Origin: Neodothiora populina | Taxonomy: Eukaryota | Assembly: GCF_041146345.1 (NCBI RefSeq) | Contig: NW_027191419.1 | Coordinates: 620,001-684,000, forward strand | Length of the DNA: 64,000 bases | Reading direction: 5' to 3' | Shown: piece by piece, positions 50,662 to 63,863 of the stretch | Layout: each line of letters opens with the position of its first letter | How positions within the stretch are numbered: the first letter of the stretch is position 1 | Notes under the pieces: generated by a model | The model's input: only the letters and a program-made list of their open reading frames with translations | The model's database searches: none | What the model was told of the DNA's origin: nothing | Translations under genes and position numbers: made by a program

Positions 50662-53172
50662 ATGGCCAGAGACGACGACTTCGTCCTGACGTTGTCGGAT
50701 AACGAAGATTTCCCCGACGAAATAGAAGAGGAAGAGGAGGAAGCTGCACCCGTCGCCGCTCCTTCGTCCAAGAAGAGAAAAAGAGACGGAGAGGGCGCCG
50801 CCGTCGACAAGAAAGCGAACAAGGCAAAGAAACAGAAGCAGAAGAAGGGAGCAGCAGTAGCATCAGACGATGACCAAGACGATGATGAGCAAAACACAAA
50901 GGCTTCGGCAAAAGACGACGGCGCCATAGACCCGACTTTCGAATTCGCACTCAACGACGGCGTCACTGGAAACCTGCAGGACTTTGACGGATGGACCAAG
51001 GACGACAACGTCGACCCCGCCAAGAAGGGCGACAGAAAAGCTGTGGACATTGACGACATCATCGCCAGGAGAAGACAGAGTCGGAAGGACGACGAGGGCG
51101 ATGCTGCTGCCGCTGCCGCTGCCGCTGCTGCTAGCGACGACGAAGACGCAGACGATTTCTCTGGTTTCGACGGCGTGCAAGACGACGACGACGACGACGA
51201 CGATGAACTCCTCGCCGAAGACGCTTTCGGCATGGGCGCCGAAGCTGGAGAGGATTCTGCCTCCGAGTCTGGAGATGAGCAAGGATCCGACGCCGAAAAC
51301 GACAGCGACGCAGACTCGGATGCTTCTGGCGAGGACGAGGGCGGAGAAGACGAGGAAGAGGACGTTGCCGCCCCTGTCGCACATCCAGACGATGTCGCTT
51401 CGGACTCAGACAACGACATGGACGAAGAAGAGGATGCCCGCGAGGTCGAGAAGCGCGCCGCTTTCTTTGCCCCTGAGGAAGAGTCTGCTGGCGCCAATGG
51501 GGCTTCCTCCAAGCCCGTCGGTTCCTTCCAGGAAATGTCTCTCTCGCGTCCCATCCTCAAGGGTCTTGCCTCCGTCGGTTTCACAGCACCCACTCCTATC
51601 CAGCACAAGGCCATCCCCGTCGCATTACTCGGCAAGGATCTTGTTGGTGGTGCAGTCACTGGTTCCGGAAAGACTGGTGCATTCATCATTCCCATCCTCG
51701 AACGTCTGCTGTATCGACCTAAGAAGGTCCCCACCACTCGTGTCGCCGTTCTCATGCCTACCCGTGAGTTGGCTCTCCAATGTTACAATGTAGCTACGAA
51801 GCTGGCCGCATTCACCGACATCACCTTTGCCCAAGCAATCGGTGGCCTCTCCTCGCGCGAACAGGAAGCTGCTCTCAAGCTGCGCCCGGACATTGTCATT
51901 GCCACCCCCGGTAGATTTATCGATTTCATGCGCAACAGCTCTGCTTTTCAAGTCGACACCATTGAGATTCTGGTTCTCGATGAAGCAGACAGAATGCTCG
52001 AAGACGGTTTCGCAGACGAGTTGAACGAGATTCTTACCACGATCCCCAAATCCCGCCAGACCATGCTTTTCTCCGCCACCATGACCAACTCGGTCGACTC
52101 GCTTGTCCGCGTGGGACTGAACCGTCCAGTGCGTCTCTTGGTAGACGCCAAACGCCAGACCGTCGCCGGTCTCACCCAAGAATTCGTGCGTCTCCGTCCC
52201 GGCCGCGAAGACAAACGCGTGGGCTACCTCCTACATCTCTGCAAGCACATCTACACGTCGCGCACCATCATCTTCTTCCGACAAAAGAAAGAAGCCCATC
52301 GCGTGCGCATCATCTTCGCTCTGCTGGGTCTCAAAGCCGCCGAGCTGCACGGAAGCATGTCCCAAGAGCAACGTATCTCAGCCATCGAGTCCTTTCGCTC
52401 AGGCACCGTCTCCTTCCTGCTCGCCACCGACGTCGCCTCTCGCGGTCTCGATATCAAAAACGTCGACGTCGTTCTAAATTACGAAGCCCCCCAATCCCAT
52501 GAAATCTACCTTCACAGAGTCGGTCGCACAGCGCGTGCCGGCCGCAGCGGACGCTCGTGCACAATCGCCGCCGAGCCCGACCGAAAAGTCGTCAAGGCGG
52601 CCGTCAAGACGTCGCGCGAGCAAGGCGCCATCATCAAATCGCGCATCATCCCGTCCACGGACGCCGACGCCTGGTGCGACAAAGTCGACTCGCTGGCCGA
52701 CGAGATCGAAGCCGTCATGCGCGAGGAGAAGGAAGAAAAAGTCCTCGCCACGACGGAGATGCAGATGCGCCGCACGGAGAACATCATGACGCACCAGAAC
52801 GAGATCCTGGCCCGGCCGAAAAAGACGTGGTTCGAGAGCGAAAAGGACCGCAAGGCAGCCAAAGCGGCTGGACGCGCCGAGCTCAACGGCGCCGGCGCCC
52901 CTGGCAGCGGCATCATCGGCAAGGACGGCAAGGAAGTCAAGGCCCCCAAGAAGAAACTCAGCAACAAGGAGCGCAAGAAGCTAGAAGACAAGGACGAGAG
53001 GCGGGAAGGCGGGGGCTGGAAAAAGGGCAAAGACGAGAGGATGGGGAAGGGCGTGCTCGACAAGGCCAAGCCGTTCGGTATGGGCAAGGGGAAGCCCAAG
53101 GCCAAGGGCAAGCCCAGGTCCAAGACTGCGCCTAGGGGCGGCGCGAAGATGAGGAAGGGGACCCATAGCTAG
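50662..53172 (+). CDS. drs1: ATP-dependent DEAD-box RNA helicase Drs1/DDX27
   Basis: Intronless 836 aa. Acidic N-terminus ([10 protein letters not shown]), Q motif (PTPIQ), [38 protein letters not shown]; Drs1-type tail [12 protein letters not shown]. Confidence 0.95.
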   Translation: MARDDDFVLTLSDNEDFPDEIEEEEEEAAPVAAPSSKKRKRDGEGAAVDKKANKAKKQKQKKGAAVASDDDQDDDEQNTKASAKDDGAIDPTFEFALNDGVTGNLQDFDGWTKDDNVDPAKKGDRKAVDIDDIIARRRQSRKDDEGDAAAAAAAAAASDDEDADDFSGFDGVQDDDDDDDDELLAEDAFGMGAEAGEDSASESGDEQGSDAENDSDADSDASGEDEGGEDEEEDVAAPVAHPDDVASDSDNDMDEEEDAREVEKRAAFFAPEEESAGANGASSKPVGSFQEMSLSRPILKGLASVGFTAPTPIQHKAIPVALLGKDLVGGAVTGSGKTGAFIIPILERLLYRPKKVPTTRVAVLMPTRELALQCYNVATKLAAFTDITFAQAIGGLSSREQEAALKLRPDIVIATPGRFIDFMRNSSAFQVDTIEILVLDEADRMLEDGFADELNEILTTIPKSRQTMLFSATMTNSVDSLVRVGLNRPVRLLVDAKRQTVAGLTQEFVRLRPGREDKRVGYLLHLCKHIYTSRTIIFFRQKKEAHRVRIIFALLGLKAAELHGSMSQEQRISAIESFRSGTVSFLLATDVASRGLDIKNVDVVLNYEAPQSHEIYLHRVGRTARAGRSGRSCTIAAEPDRKVVKAAVKTSREQGAIIKSRIIPSTDADAWCDKVDSLADEIEAVMREEKEEKVLATTEMQMRRTENIMTHQNEILARPKKTWFESEKDRKAAKAAGRAELNGAGAPGSGIIGKDGKEVKAPKKKLSNKERKKLEDKDERREGGGWKKGKDERMGKGVLDKAKPFGMGKGKPKAKGKPRSKTAPRGGAKMRKGTHS

Positions 53173-53620
53173 CTATGTCTTGTTCTGATATCTTCACATT
53201 TTCTTCACCAATAAAACTCATTTGATATTCTCTTTTTGTCATTTCTCGTTTCCTCTCTTTCGGAGACTAGTAGCTACCGAACCGTCTCTGTCTCTCTCCC
53301 CTTCTGACTTTGAATAGAAGAGACAACGGCGTGGACAAAAAGTATATCCACGGGGACTTTGGGACCCAGAATCACTTCGCAAAGAAGAAAAGGTTGTCAT
53401 ATACACCCAGGATACAGTAAGCAATAGAAAATACACATCCGGACAAGAAGAGGCCTTTGCTCATGAACTCCATCATCGCTCGTCGCCTTGCAGCTAGATC
53501 GCAAAGAAAGAAACGGCAGTGCTTGTGCTTCTCCCTTACCCAGCTTAAGGTAGTAGTAAACTTCCCGTTTTCCATGTGGCGAAATACGAAAAAAAAAACA
53601 AGAAAAGAAAAAGACCATCA

Positions 53621-55272
53621 TCACTCCTTCTCGCCACCACCGCCAACAGCGTTCTTGACTCCATTCCTGACGCCCTGCGCCACGCTCTCGCCGACACCCC
53701 TGACGCCGTCCGAGAAGCCCGTCACGCCCTCTCCGACTCTCCCCCCGAATCCACTGACGCCCTCGCCCACACTCCCCATGACGTCCCCGGCGCTGGCTCT
53801 GACTCTCGCGAACTCCCTGCCGGCTTGCTCTGTGATACTGTCGATCTCAGCCCTGACGCCCCCGCTAGCATCGGCTACAGAGGCCGAGACGTCTGCTGCG
53901 GAAGAAGGGATGCGTTCCGTCACGCTCAGAAGAGCAAAATAGGCGCTGATGATCAGGACGTGGATACGGTCTTTGAGCGCCATTGAGAGGCCGTGGCCCA
54001 GGAAGCCTTTTGCTACGTCTGCGGAGAGGCCCGAGTAGAGCCCTGCTAAGCCCTCGGTTTTGTGGATTGTGATCAGGGAGCGGATCACGGCCATGTCGGT
54101 CACGTTGCGCTTGATTAGTACCAGGAGGTTTTGCGCAGAGGCTTTGTTCATGCGTGGAGTGTTTTTGCTGCTGGTCGGGTTCTCTTTGGTTGCGTTGCTG
54201 GTGTGTTCTGGCTGTTTGGTATTTTCTGCTTCGAGAATTGGGAGTCCGGACGGCTGATGACTGGCGGCCGTTGGTGGAGAAGAGACTTGAGCTCTGGACT
54301 TTGCTAGACTAAAGGGATAAGTGATCGTAGATGCAATAGCCTTGCTGATGGCTGCGACCAGAAACAAAGTCTTGGGTCCAATGACCTCTGCTTCTTTTCC
54401 GAGTAAGCCCGCTCTCCTCTTACGCGCGAGCAGGATGCGTCGAATGAGGTTCTGCAACAAGAACGTGATCGCTGGGTTGAGCGTCAGGATCAGAGACGCC
54501 GAGTATCCTGCCCAGAACCCCGACAATCCCTTTTCCGAGCGGATCTGAAGCGCGATATCCTTGACACTCAGACTTCCCGTTCGATCCATCGGTATCGTTG
54601 CCGTTGGATCACGAGCAGAAACCATCGCTGCAGTCTGTTTTCGCGTGACAATCTGCTGCATGGGCGTCGTGACAAACTTGGAAATCGCTCCGGCCACGAT
54701 ACCGACTCCCAGCTCGTTGATCACAGGCAGCGATTTTGTTCCTAGTCTGTTCTGCTGGCGCTGGCGGAGGGCAGAGTAGGCTAGAAAGAACAGAAAGCTG
54801 TCGATTATGCTTTTAGTCGTATCTTCCTACACGTCAATGCTCAGCAACAGTGATCTGAGAAATCCATCGCAAACGACCTTACCTTCCATCCGTTCCAAAA
54901 GGCACTCAACCCGCCTTCATGCTTATATATCTTCTCTACGGCATCCTGCAAGCTCCTATACTCGGCATCATCCGCATACTGAGCCGCGGACGCCGTTTCT
55001 CCAGGTCCTTTCAGTTGCTTCTGCACCTGCAGACGCGTGATGACCAGATCCAGCGGATACAAGACAATATGAGATATGGCGGTCCCAGCCGATCCAGCAA
55101 GAGCATGACCCAGCGCAGGCAACCCTATAGCACTCCCCGACTGACCCGCCCGTTCTTGTTCCTGGATCTTGTGATAAAGCTCAAAGGCATCCTCGAAGCC
55201 ATAGTTAGCAGAGTGAAACAGAGAAACGGCAAGGAAGTTTCCAACAAGCTGAGAGTTATAGACACTAGCCAT
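53621..55272 (-). CDS. ant1: Peroxisomal adenine nucleotide transporter-like carrier (mitochondrial carrier family)
   Basis: Carrier signatures LPALGHALAGSAG...YPLDLVITRLQVQ, TTPMQQIVTRKQ, LILTLNPAITF, TYPFSLAKSRAQ. Intron 54882-54827 and a probable in-frame intron 55245-55192. Confidence 0.85.
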
Positions 55273-55830
55273 TTTTTCTTCTTCTTGATTTCTTATACGG
55301 CTGCTGGGTCTGTTCAACTACGATCAGCTTGGATTGAGCGAGTAAGAACCACAGCAATGGGCATATCTAACTTAATGTGCTTCTTTCGTAAGGCCAAACA
55401 CAACCATGCGTTCTGCGGGGTGACAGGTACGTATTGCGGAGAAGCTACGTGAACGGATGGAGGCGATGGCGTTGCTTTGACCAGGGTACTGGGCAAGTAC
55501 AGAGTCGTCTACGAGTTACTTGCAGTACTTGGAGAGGTATGCACGAAGATATAAGGTTGTCTTTATTATGCCATCATGGTTGTCATTTCGGACCCTTACC
55601 CCGGATTGTTCGAGGGCCTCTGGGCCGAGGTCAGCCATGATGTCACATGCATGCAATGCACCACCGCTATGCATGCCCGCTATTCGTTTCTCCACCGATC
55701 AAGGCTTGTAGGTATGCAGAATACGATTGTAGATGGGAAAAGAAAGAGAACGAGCGGAGCCTTATTGTGTAGGGAAAGAAGAACAAACGGAATCCCTTTT
55801 TTTTTTTTGAAAGAAACAAAATCTATCTAT

Positions 55831-57491
55831 TTAATGCGCAGCAATAAAGAAAGTATTCGTGATCAAGCATACCACCATGACAAGCACTCCGTAGATGGCC
55901 AATGCCAGACTGAGTCTCCGTACAAGCGTTCTGCGTGCCTGGGGTCCTGTCCAGCTCTCCTCTCCTTCCTCGTCGGAGACATATTCCTCTTCGTCGTCGT
56001 CTCCCTTCAGCAATCGCTGGTGATGGGGCGAGTGTGGAGAAGATATCTTGTAGTAGAACAAGCCCGGTAGAATAAAGCTGATGGCAGTGCTACCCGTGCT
56101 GCCAACATATGCAAGAACCATCTCCAAGGAGGAGACGGTCATGGCAACGATGTAGCTCAGAATGATAATTGCGGTGGTAATGGCAGCGAAACGAGTTTCG
56201 CCCATCTCACCCCTGGTAGCTTGAGTCGCTGGTGACTGCGAGAGAAGTGAGGCACGTGAAGGAGATCCAGATGCATTGTTCTGATTGGATCTCCTGGACG
56301 AAGATGGTCTCCACTTGAGAACAGCGTCGACCGAGGCGCGACACGGGTGGACCTGGAGAGGATAGGAGAACATGACGAGCACAACGATTGCTGCTTTGCC
56401 AATGGTTGAAGCAACAGAAGGGATGTCTAATGGACAAATCAGCGACATTTCCTAGACAAAATGGCAAGTACAACTTACACTGAGCGACGATGTTGCCAGC
56501 GACGTGATCTCCAAATGAAAGATAGCCAGTAATGGCAACAAGCAAGTAGATAGATCCGGCTGATCCTATGCTGGTCATGACGACCGATGTGGTCTGGAAG
56601 TGGGAGTTATCGCTGATCTCATTCAAGATGGAGAACATCTGTCAAGGTTAGTATACAATGAAGATGGCAAGGTAGATGTGTTGGAGCAAACTCACATTCT
56701 GATGGCAAGTATAAGCAAAGACGATAACAGGAAAGCTTGCAAGCGTGGGGACTATACCCTTCCACTGGACAAGATGAACTGCGCCTCTTTCGGCGAGAGT
56801 ATCGCCTTTGGCAAAATGGTAGACAACTAAAACGACAAGGTAACCAATGGAAATGAGTGCAATTACACTTGTATATTTCAAAGAGTCGAGTCTCCGGAGA
56901 AAAGACAATGGAATGACGACGAGCCTGAACAAAATCATTAGTACAAGAGGAAAGGCACGCGACACTACTGGCCAATACGAACATGAAAACAGTGACCCAG
57001 AAGTGACGGTCGACGAGGTACTCGGCAGGCGGCGAGTCGGTGAACCCTCGCACAACTCCAGGCATGAGGTCTCCAATGATGATGAGGTAGCTGATGCCAA
57101 CACCAAAGCATTTAATCGCGATGGCGGCATCGAAGAAAACAGCGGCATTCGGGTACGTGATCTGGCTGAGAGCGAAGAAACTGGCAGAGCCGCGGTCGAG
57201 ATATTTGGCACAACGAGTTTGCAGATAGAGTCCGAATCCAGATGTAAGTCCCGACCAGACTATGACGAGAACACCAAGAGTGACTCCCATATTAGATAAA
57301 GCACTGGGCATTGCCAGCACGCCAGCCCCAACGATTGTGTTGACGAGGTTTATGACACTGCTGGCGAAGCTGGCCGTGCCAACATAGCCGCCATCTTTTC
57401 CTTTCCTAGGACGCCTGTTCGAGGATGCTGTACTGGTAGGGCGCGAGCCTTGATCACTCGCGGCGGAAGGGATAGCAGAGTATCCTGCCAT
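55831..57491 (-). CDS. avt6: Vacuolar amino acid transporter (Avt5/Avt6, AAAP family)
   Basis: SSVINLVNTIVGAGVLAMP, AIAIKCFGVG, FAYTCHQN/MFSILNE, GSTGSTAISFILPG. Exons 57491-56983, 56924-56696, 56638-56479, 56426-55831. Confidence 0.92.
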
Positions 57492-58195
57492 GTTGCGAGT
57501 TATCTATCGGGTGAGCTTACAGGCTCATAATCCGTAAGCCGGTGTTTCCTGATGCGCTGTGACCTTGAGTGCTATGTAACTTTCGAGGAACGAGTCAAGA
57601 CCAAGGGTGGGCAGCCGAGACTGGGCGACAGTATATGTCGTACGGGGGACAGTCCTTCGAGGATATGGATGTCGTATGTCAAGGCGGGCATATTGAATCC
57701 TTGAGTGATTGCGAAATATGGCGCGTGCAGACCCTCGTACCCATCCGGCCCGGAAATAGAGTGTTGGTCCGCCGCTGTGGCGCTGTGCTGTGGGTGCCAA
57801 GCTTCCTGTCTGGGCCACGAGTCATTCATGAAGGCAAGTCCAGGGTCACACACTCCCGAGACACTTTATTTGTGCTATGAGAATCTCATCACCTGAATAA
57901 AGACCATCCAGCCCGACTGACCATCTTCTTGCCTTCCTGAGAGATGGGAAGATGTGCCTTTAATTTCTACCCCTTTTGGACCAGACAAAACCAGCATGCA
58001 GGATAAGACGTCCCGAACATGGCCTACCTCAGAGCAGCGATTGGAGCATCTGAACTTTCTACTGTACTGCACGGTATGGTACATTTACCGTATGTGCGAT
58101 GACCAAGGTAGAAGAGGAATCTTCTTCAGACCCGTCTGCGTGATGAAACGCTAGAAGACGGCTGATTCAACAGGCAGAGGCCAGGGACTAATACG

Positions 58196-58247
58196 TCGAG
58201 GAGGTTGTGCTCGAGGAGGTTGTGCTCGAGGAGGTTGTGCTCTAGGA
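58196..58247. repeat. 15-bp tandem repeat (TCGAGGAGGTTGTGC)x3 plus a partial copy
   Basis: Three exact copies 58196-58240 followed by TCTAGGA. Confidence 0.9.
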
Positions 58248-59513
58248 CCTCTCCCATGCTGTTGTACAGAGGTTGCTTGATGGGGTCTCGACACAGCCCC
58301 TACTGGATTCCAGCTCGCACAGCCGTGCAGAGAACGTCCTAGAAGCGGCGCCATTTCCACCACAGTTGTGAGAGCTACTTTCCGCCTGGCACTGAGGACT
58401 GGTATGCAATGAAGTACCCTTACACATTCATAATGACATGCGAACGCTTTCGACATGCTATTTGTTAGCCATGCTATTGGTGAAAACAAATGGTAGAGTA
58501 TAACTGGGCAGGTGGTTAAATACATTGTCGAAAAGTCCAGGTGCCTGTTTCGATCTTCGATCTAGTAGCTGTGTGCTATAGTACACTTTACAAGGACGTG
58601 CTAGCTCTTGCACGTATTTGATGAACTTTACAATTGGACAAGTTTTGCTTCTACGTGTAGGTAGTGGGGAAAGGGTTCTGGACCTCGAGTAGAACACCGG
58701 ATTGTATCAGTCTTTCGGACTCTGAAGATCGATTGTCGTCAAAACATCTTGCATGGACATGTTTAGTCGCCAGTCACAGCTCTACGCTTCCGGATCGTCG
58801 TAAGCGCAATAAGTGAAAAATGTTGGGGTTCGACTTTTACTTGGGGAATTTGGCGAAAGCCCGCGTACAATTATAACCCTACAAAGACGCTTGAATGACT
58901 TGAAACACCGATGCGCTGTTGGTGCAACATCTCCATCTGCATTCGACATGCCTCTTGTCTTCCTGCCGCTCCGCCTTGTGTGAAGGCTTTATTTCTTACG
59001 CATATTGATCGTTTGCGACCATCTTTATAGTCCTCGCTGTGCGAAGAGACCTTCCATTCACTTCAAGTCCCTCGTTTTACAACCGACCGTTGCCAGTCCC
59101 TGCTTTTGTTCTTTACCTCTTTCTTTATCCCCCTTAGATTTTCCTCAGGTGAGAAGAGCGCGCGCGTACCTCGAGCCGCTGTACCCTTAAACGCCTCCCC
59201 CGTACTCGTACTCGTACCTCTGTCTCTGCTGTACAGCGTTGCAGAAGGACTCTGGTCGTTGTTCTGCCAATTATTTTGCATCCTTTGAACAACCCACTAC
59301 ACTCTGCCTACCGTTCTTGCCTCGGGACACATCAAATCAAATTCGCTCGTTCTCATTGTCGCTCGACCAGTACGCGTGTGATTGTCTACCACTCATCCAC
59401 GCATCACAATCTCCCGTCGACTACACACACCGGACCAGGCTGCCTCAACGCCTTCACTCATTTAGCACATCATCCTTTGCCATCCACTCCCATCGATCTA
59501 CGAGTCGTAATTC

Positions 59514-60642
59514 ATGCCGCCATACAGCTCGGTGACCTCTCCTTCTCTTCACAAAATGGAAGCCCACCGCCGTGAGGTTTACGGAAGCCGCAAGCGCTTC
59601 AACATGGGAAACATTGCCGGCGACCCCTTTGCGCTTGCGACTGTGTCTATTGCCATTGTACGTGTTGCCTTTTTAGCTTTGTTCTCGTCGCCTGAGATGT
59701 GCCACTAACACACTATCAAGATCGCATGGGTCATAGCCTTTGTCAGCTCCATTATCGCACAACTTCATTCCTCTTATCCCAACTACTCATGGTGGGCCGT
59801 TGCCTATATGTTTTTCTGCATTCTAGGCGTCTCGATTACGGTGGCTTCCGACTCCATCTTGACTTACCATGTTGCCGTAAGTCTTGCCATATTGGAAGAT
59901 AGATGGATAAACACCTGGCTCACTCGTCGCAGATTGTTGGATTTCTAGCGGCTGGACTTGTCTTCACAACATCTTCCGTCAATTCTCTGGTATACTCTTC
60001 CGACGGCGCTCACGAAGCAGCAGCAGCAGGCTTCATCTTGCTATCTATGGTTGCGGTATGTCCGTCGGGAATAATGTCTCGCAAGTGTTCCATCTGATCA
60101 AACGATAGATTGTCTGGATCTTTTATTACGGCTCGCAACCCACCGCCGCTCCGAGACACGCCATCGACTCGTTTGCTCTTCACAAGGACGGGCGCATGAC
60201 GTCTCGCTCTTCTCGCCAACCCGCACCATCAACCTACAGACCGGAGACATCGATTTCACAACAGCCGCAGATGTACACGTCTGCCCAGCTCAGCGGCTTC
60301 GAGACTTCTTCGCCAGTCACTGGATATCCAGGTGGAAACTTGGGTGCCATGGACGCCAGACGCGACAGCGATCGATTCGCAAACAACCAACAGCAAAGCA
60401 GCAATCTGGCCTCCCACCACGCTGCCATGGAGAGACCGGAGTCGACCGCAGTGCCTACCGAATACCCGTACAGAGCAAAGGCGATATACAGCTACGAAGC
60501 GAATCCAGACGATGCAAATGAGATATCCTTCTCCAAACATGAGATCCTCGAAGTCAGCGACGTCAGCGGAAGGTGGTGGCAAGCAAAGAAGGAGAACGGC
60601 GACACGGGTATTGCGCCGAGCAATTATCTCATTTTGCTTTGA
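59514..60642 (+). CDS. sho1: High-osmolarity signalling protein Sho1 (4 TM + SH3)
   Basis: Exons 59514-59657, 59721-59876, 59933-60055, 60109-60642. [32 protein letters not shown], and SH3 [23 protein letters not shown]...[11 protein letters not shown]. Confidence 0.97.
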
Positions 60643-61764
60643 GGATTTGTACGGTTGCCTGCGCTCTTCCGGCACAACAAAAGAAAGAGAAGATGATCCT
60701 TTGTGTTAAATTATGCTGGACATCACAAGGCGAGAGCAGACTAAGGTACGAACCGAGTCACCTGCAGCCATGCAGGGCTTCGCAGACCTCTGCATACACT
60801 TCTCCATTCACGACGTTTATTTGTTTTCTTTTTACATCCGCTGCCTTTGGACTTTTCTAAACAAAAACGGAACCCGCGCTCTGGCTGCCGAGTGCTCCAA
60901 GGTAGACGCGGACACGGGCCCAGAAACGGACGTCAACAGTGGACTGCTGGGAGTTGTCTGAGTAAAAAGCTATTCGAAGATGAGGACTATCCGGATACGG
61001 TAGTTCATTCTGGGATATGGGCAGGGTGCAGGCAATGATTGGGTCAAATGTTTTTTCTTTAGCGACAGGTTCGTTTTACAATTGTCATGACATCAACAAA
61101 GACTTTGACAATGGCAAAGTTCGATTTCAGGTGCTTACACTGAAGGGTGGGGGTTTTTCTGCGGGTGACTGATTGGTTTTCTTGTTTCCCCTTTTCTTTT
61201 CGTTTCCGTAGCTGTATAACGTTCATATCCTGATGTTCACTCGAACAGACATCATTATCGGTAACTCGAGGTGCTATATGTTTGCTCATGAATTCTTCTT
61301 TCGCCGAAACCACGGGGGATCTGTCCCACGCCAACCTCTCCGGGTCTTTCTAGGTGGATACCAACAACAACCGGGACAACGGTGGATAATTAATTGACAA
61401 AAAAATCGACAGAAACCGGCATGTTCGGCGGGATAGGCCAGCCATTGAAAAGGCGCACTTGACGCCGACGACGCATCGATGGGACTAAAAGCCAATGATG
61501 TCAGCCTCAGCCATTTCCAACGTGCCAACCCAAATGCCAGATCCCCACCAACACGCTTCCCGCATCATCATCGCCGCCCACACTAAAGATTTGTTGCGCG
61601 TGGATTCGTTTACTGCTTACCTTACCTTACCCTACTTTGTACCCTAGAAAAGTGTGAAGTGAGGTACCTACTTTACCCTTGATGTTCTGGCGCGGCAGTA
61701 CAAAAGTCGTTTCAATAACGCCCCGGTGTCCGGCTTTGCAACTCCCACTAGACACTTGCAGTTG

Positions 61765-61765
<1 letters not shown>

Positions 61766-61795
<30 letters not shown>
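61766..61795. repeat. (CAG)10 microsatellite
   Basis: Ten perfect CAG units upstream of the kinase gene. Confidence 0.95.
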
Positions 61796-61797
<2 letters not shown>

Positions 61798-62226
61798 CTG
61801 TACTTTACTTATAGCAGCTTCAGCTTCGGCGACACTGTAGTCAAACAAGTCATAGTAAAGCAGTAGTCAAAACCGCTGACCATGTCGAACTAAATCCTTC
61901 CAAACTCTACCCCGCCGAAAGCCTGAGGTATCCGTCACACTCCCCCCTCGTCCAGAGTTGCTTTTGAACTTCTTTCGTGCTATCCGGTCCCGCCCAACCA
62001 CTTCTTGGATTCTCCGAGGACTGCTTCATTTCGCGACCGAGATCGAATATATAATTCCACCATATCCGGCGCATTCGTATACTGCAAACGAGTCGCGCGT
62101 TTACCGCACGCGCGTTTCTCACGCCAATACTGCGGTCACTCGCGTCTAGCCGACATAGTATTGTCATCTACTGCTCGCGCGCAGCAGCTGCAGCGGCGGC
62201 AATAACGACGACGACAATAATCGACA

Positions 62227-63863
62227 ATGCATCACGTACTTCCCAAATTGCACCTTACCTCGAGTCACGGTAATCACGACAAAGGTGGTGTCAAGCCCAG
62301 ACGTAAGGAATCAAAGGATCAGATTCGAGCGCGAGACGAGGAGAAGAACAGACTTGCCGCGTGGGAGGCAGAGAAGACGACGCTGGAGTGGGATCAAATA
62401 TGCGTTGATCCCAGCAAGAAGCCAGTCGGACATAGCTCCAAGATCTTGCGCAGGGACGATTTTGACCTGCTCAAGACACTAGGCACAGGTGCGTCTGCAA
62501 TGATATGGCGCATGATGGATGACGGAATGCGTTACCCCACAAGATGCATCAAGCAGAAGAAGAAAACCATGAACCAGACCGAGCTGACTTTGCCGGCGTT
62601 CAGGTACATTTGCCCGCGTCTGGTTGACCAAACTAGCGAGCCCGAAGCAAGGGGATGAAGACAAAGTCTTTGCTCTGAAAATATTACGAAAGACCGATGG
62701 TACGGTAGAGATCTGTTTGCAAAATATATTACGAGTTATGAGAGCAAGCAGGCTGACGTGCTTGTGCAGTGATCCGGCTGAAGCAGGTCGAACATGTGCG
62801 TAACGAGCGCAACGTCCTTGCAGCTGTCGCAGGCCACCCTTTCATCACGACATTGATAGCGAGTTTCCAAGATCAGGATTGCCTGTACATGCTGGTGAGG
62901 CCGAACATCTTGACTTCTCCCAGTCTCCCATTACGCCCATGCTGACAGTTCATGGGCAAAGCTGGATTACTGCCCCGGCGGCGAAGTGTTCAGCTATCTT
63001 CGACGAGCCCGGCGCTTCAATGAGCCAACCTCGCAGTTTTATGCTGCCGAGATTGTTCTGATACTCGAGTTTCTGCACGAACAGGAGGGTGTTGCTTATC
63101 GCGATATGAAGCCTGAGAACATCTTGATCGATGCAGATGGACACCTGAAACTAGTCGACTTTGGTTTTGCAAAGAAGGTCGGAAACAGTAGGCTTCGCCC
63201 ATCTCCCTTGCTACTAAGCATTTATGACTGATATCTGTTCCAGGAGAAACATACACTCTATGCGGTACACCGGAATATCTCGCGCCTGAGGTCATCAGGA
63301 ACACTGGTACGTCACAGAAATCAACAGATGCAAGTAACTTGTTGTATCATTATCATCCTGCTGACTTCTTACATAGGTCACGGTGTTGCCGTCGATTGGT
63401 GGGCATTTGGAATTCTCATTTACGAATTTCTTGTTGGGCAACCTCCGTTCTGGGATCAAAACCCCATGAAGATATATGAGCAGTAAGCAAGCCCTCGCGG
63501 CCCGAACGTTGACTATCGACGTCCACTGACTCGGTCGATAGAATTGTCGAAGGCAAGATTCGATACCCTTCTGCCATGTCTCCCGATGCTCGCGATATTA
63601 TCGCCGGCCTCTGCACAGTCGACGTTTCAAAAAGACTTGGAAATGTTAGAGGAGGCGCAGGTACAGTCAAGGCACATCCCTGGTTCAAGAACATCAACTG
63701 GGATGACCTCTACCACCGCAAGACGCAAGGGCCCATCGTGCCGCATCTGCGTGGCCCTGCAGATGCACGAAACTTCGACGACTACGACCCGGAACCCTTG
63801 AAAAAGGACGACTACACAAAGGAAATGCAAGAGAAATACGATTGGCAATTCAAGGACTTTTAA
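62227..63863 (+). CDS. pkaC2: cAMP-dependent protein kinase catalytic subunit, secondary (PkaC2/PkaB/PRKX-like) type
   Basis: Exons 62227-62488, 62604-62699, 62770-62894, 62962-63187, 63244-63306, 63377-63482, 63542-63863. LGTGTFARV, VIRLKQVEHV, YRDMKPEN, DFGFAK, TYTLCGTPEYLAPE, C-terminal FKDF*. Confidence 0.92.

Noticed and set aside
50595..53123. Long antisense and alternate-frame ORFs over drs1 (386, 269, 203, 192 aa)
   Set aside because: Shadows of GC-rich, acidic/lysine codon usage; low-complexity translations with no motifs.
53170..53214. drs1 stop followed by CTA (read-through-like context)
   Set aside because: Stop is TAG, and the 13-aa extension LCLVLISSHFLHQ has no targeting signal.
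58196..58247. CRISPR-like interpretation of the 15-bp repeat
   Set aside because: Units are directly adjacent with no spacers, and the sequence is eukaryotic.
4361..63863. rom2, sho1 and pkaC2 as a stress-signalling gene cluster
   Set aside because: rom2 is over 50 kb from the other two, with unrelated housekeeping genes between; no evidence of co-regulation.
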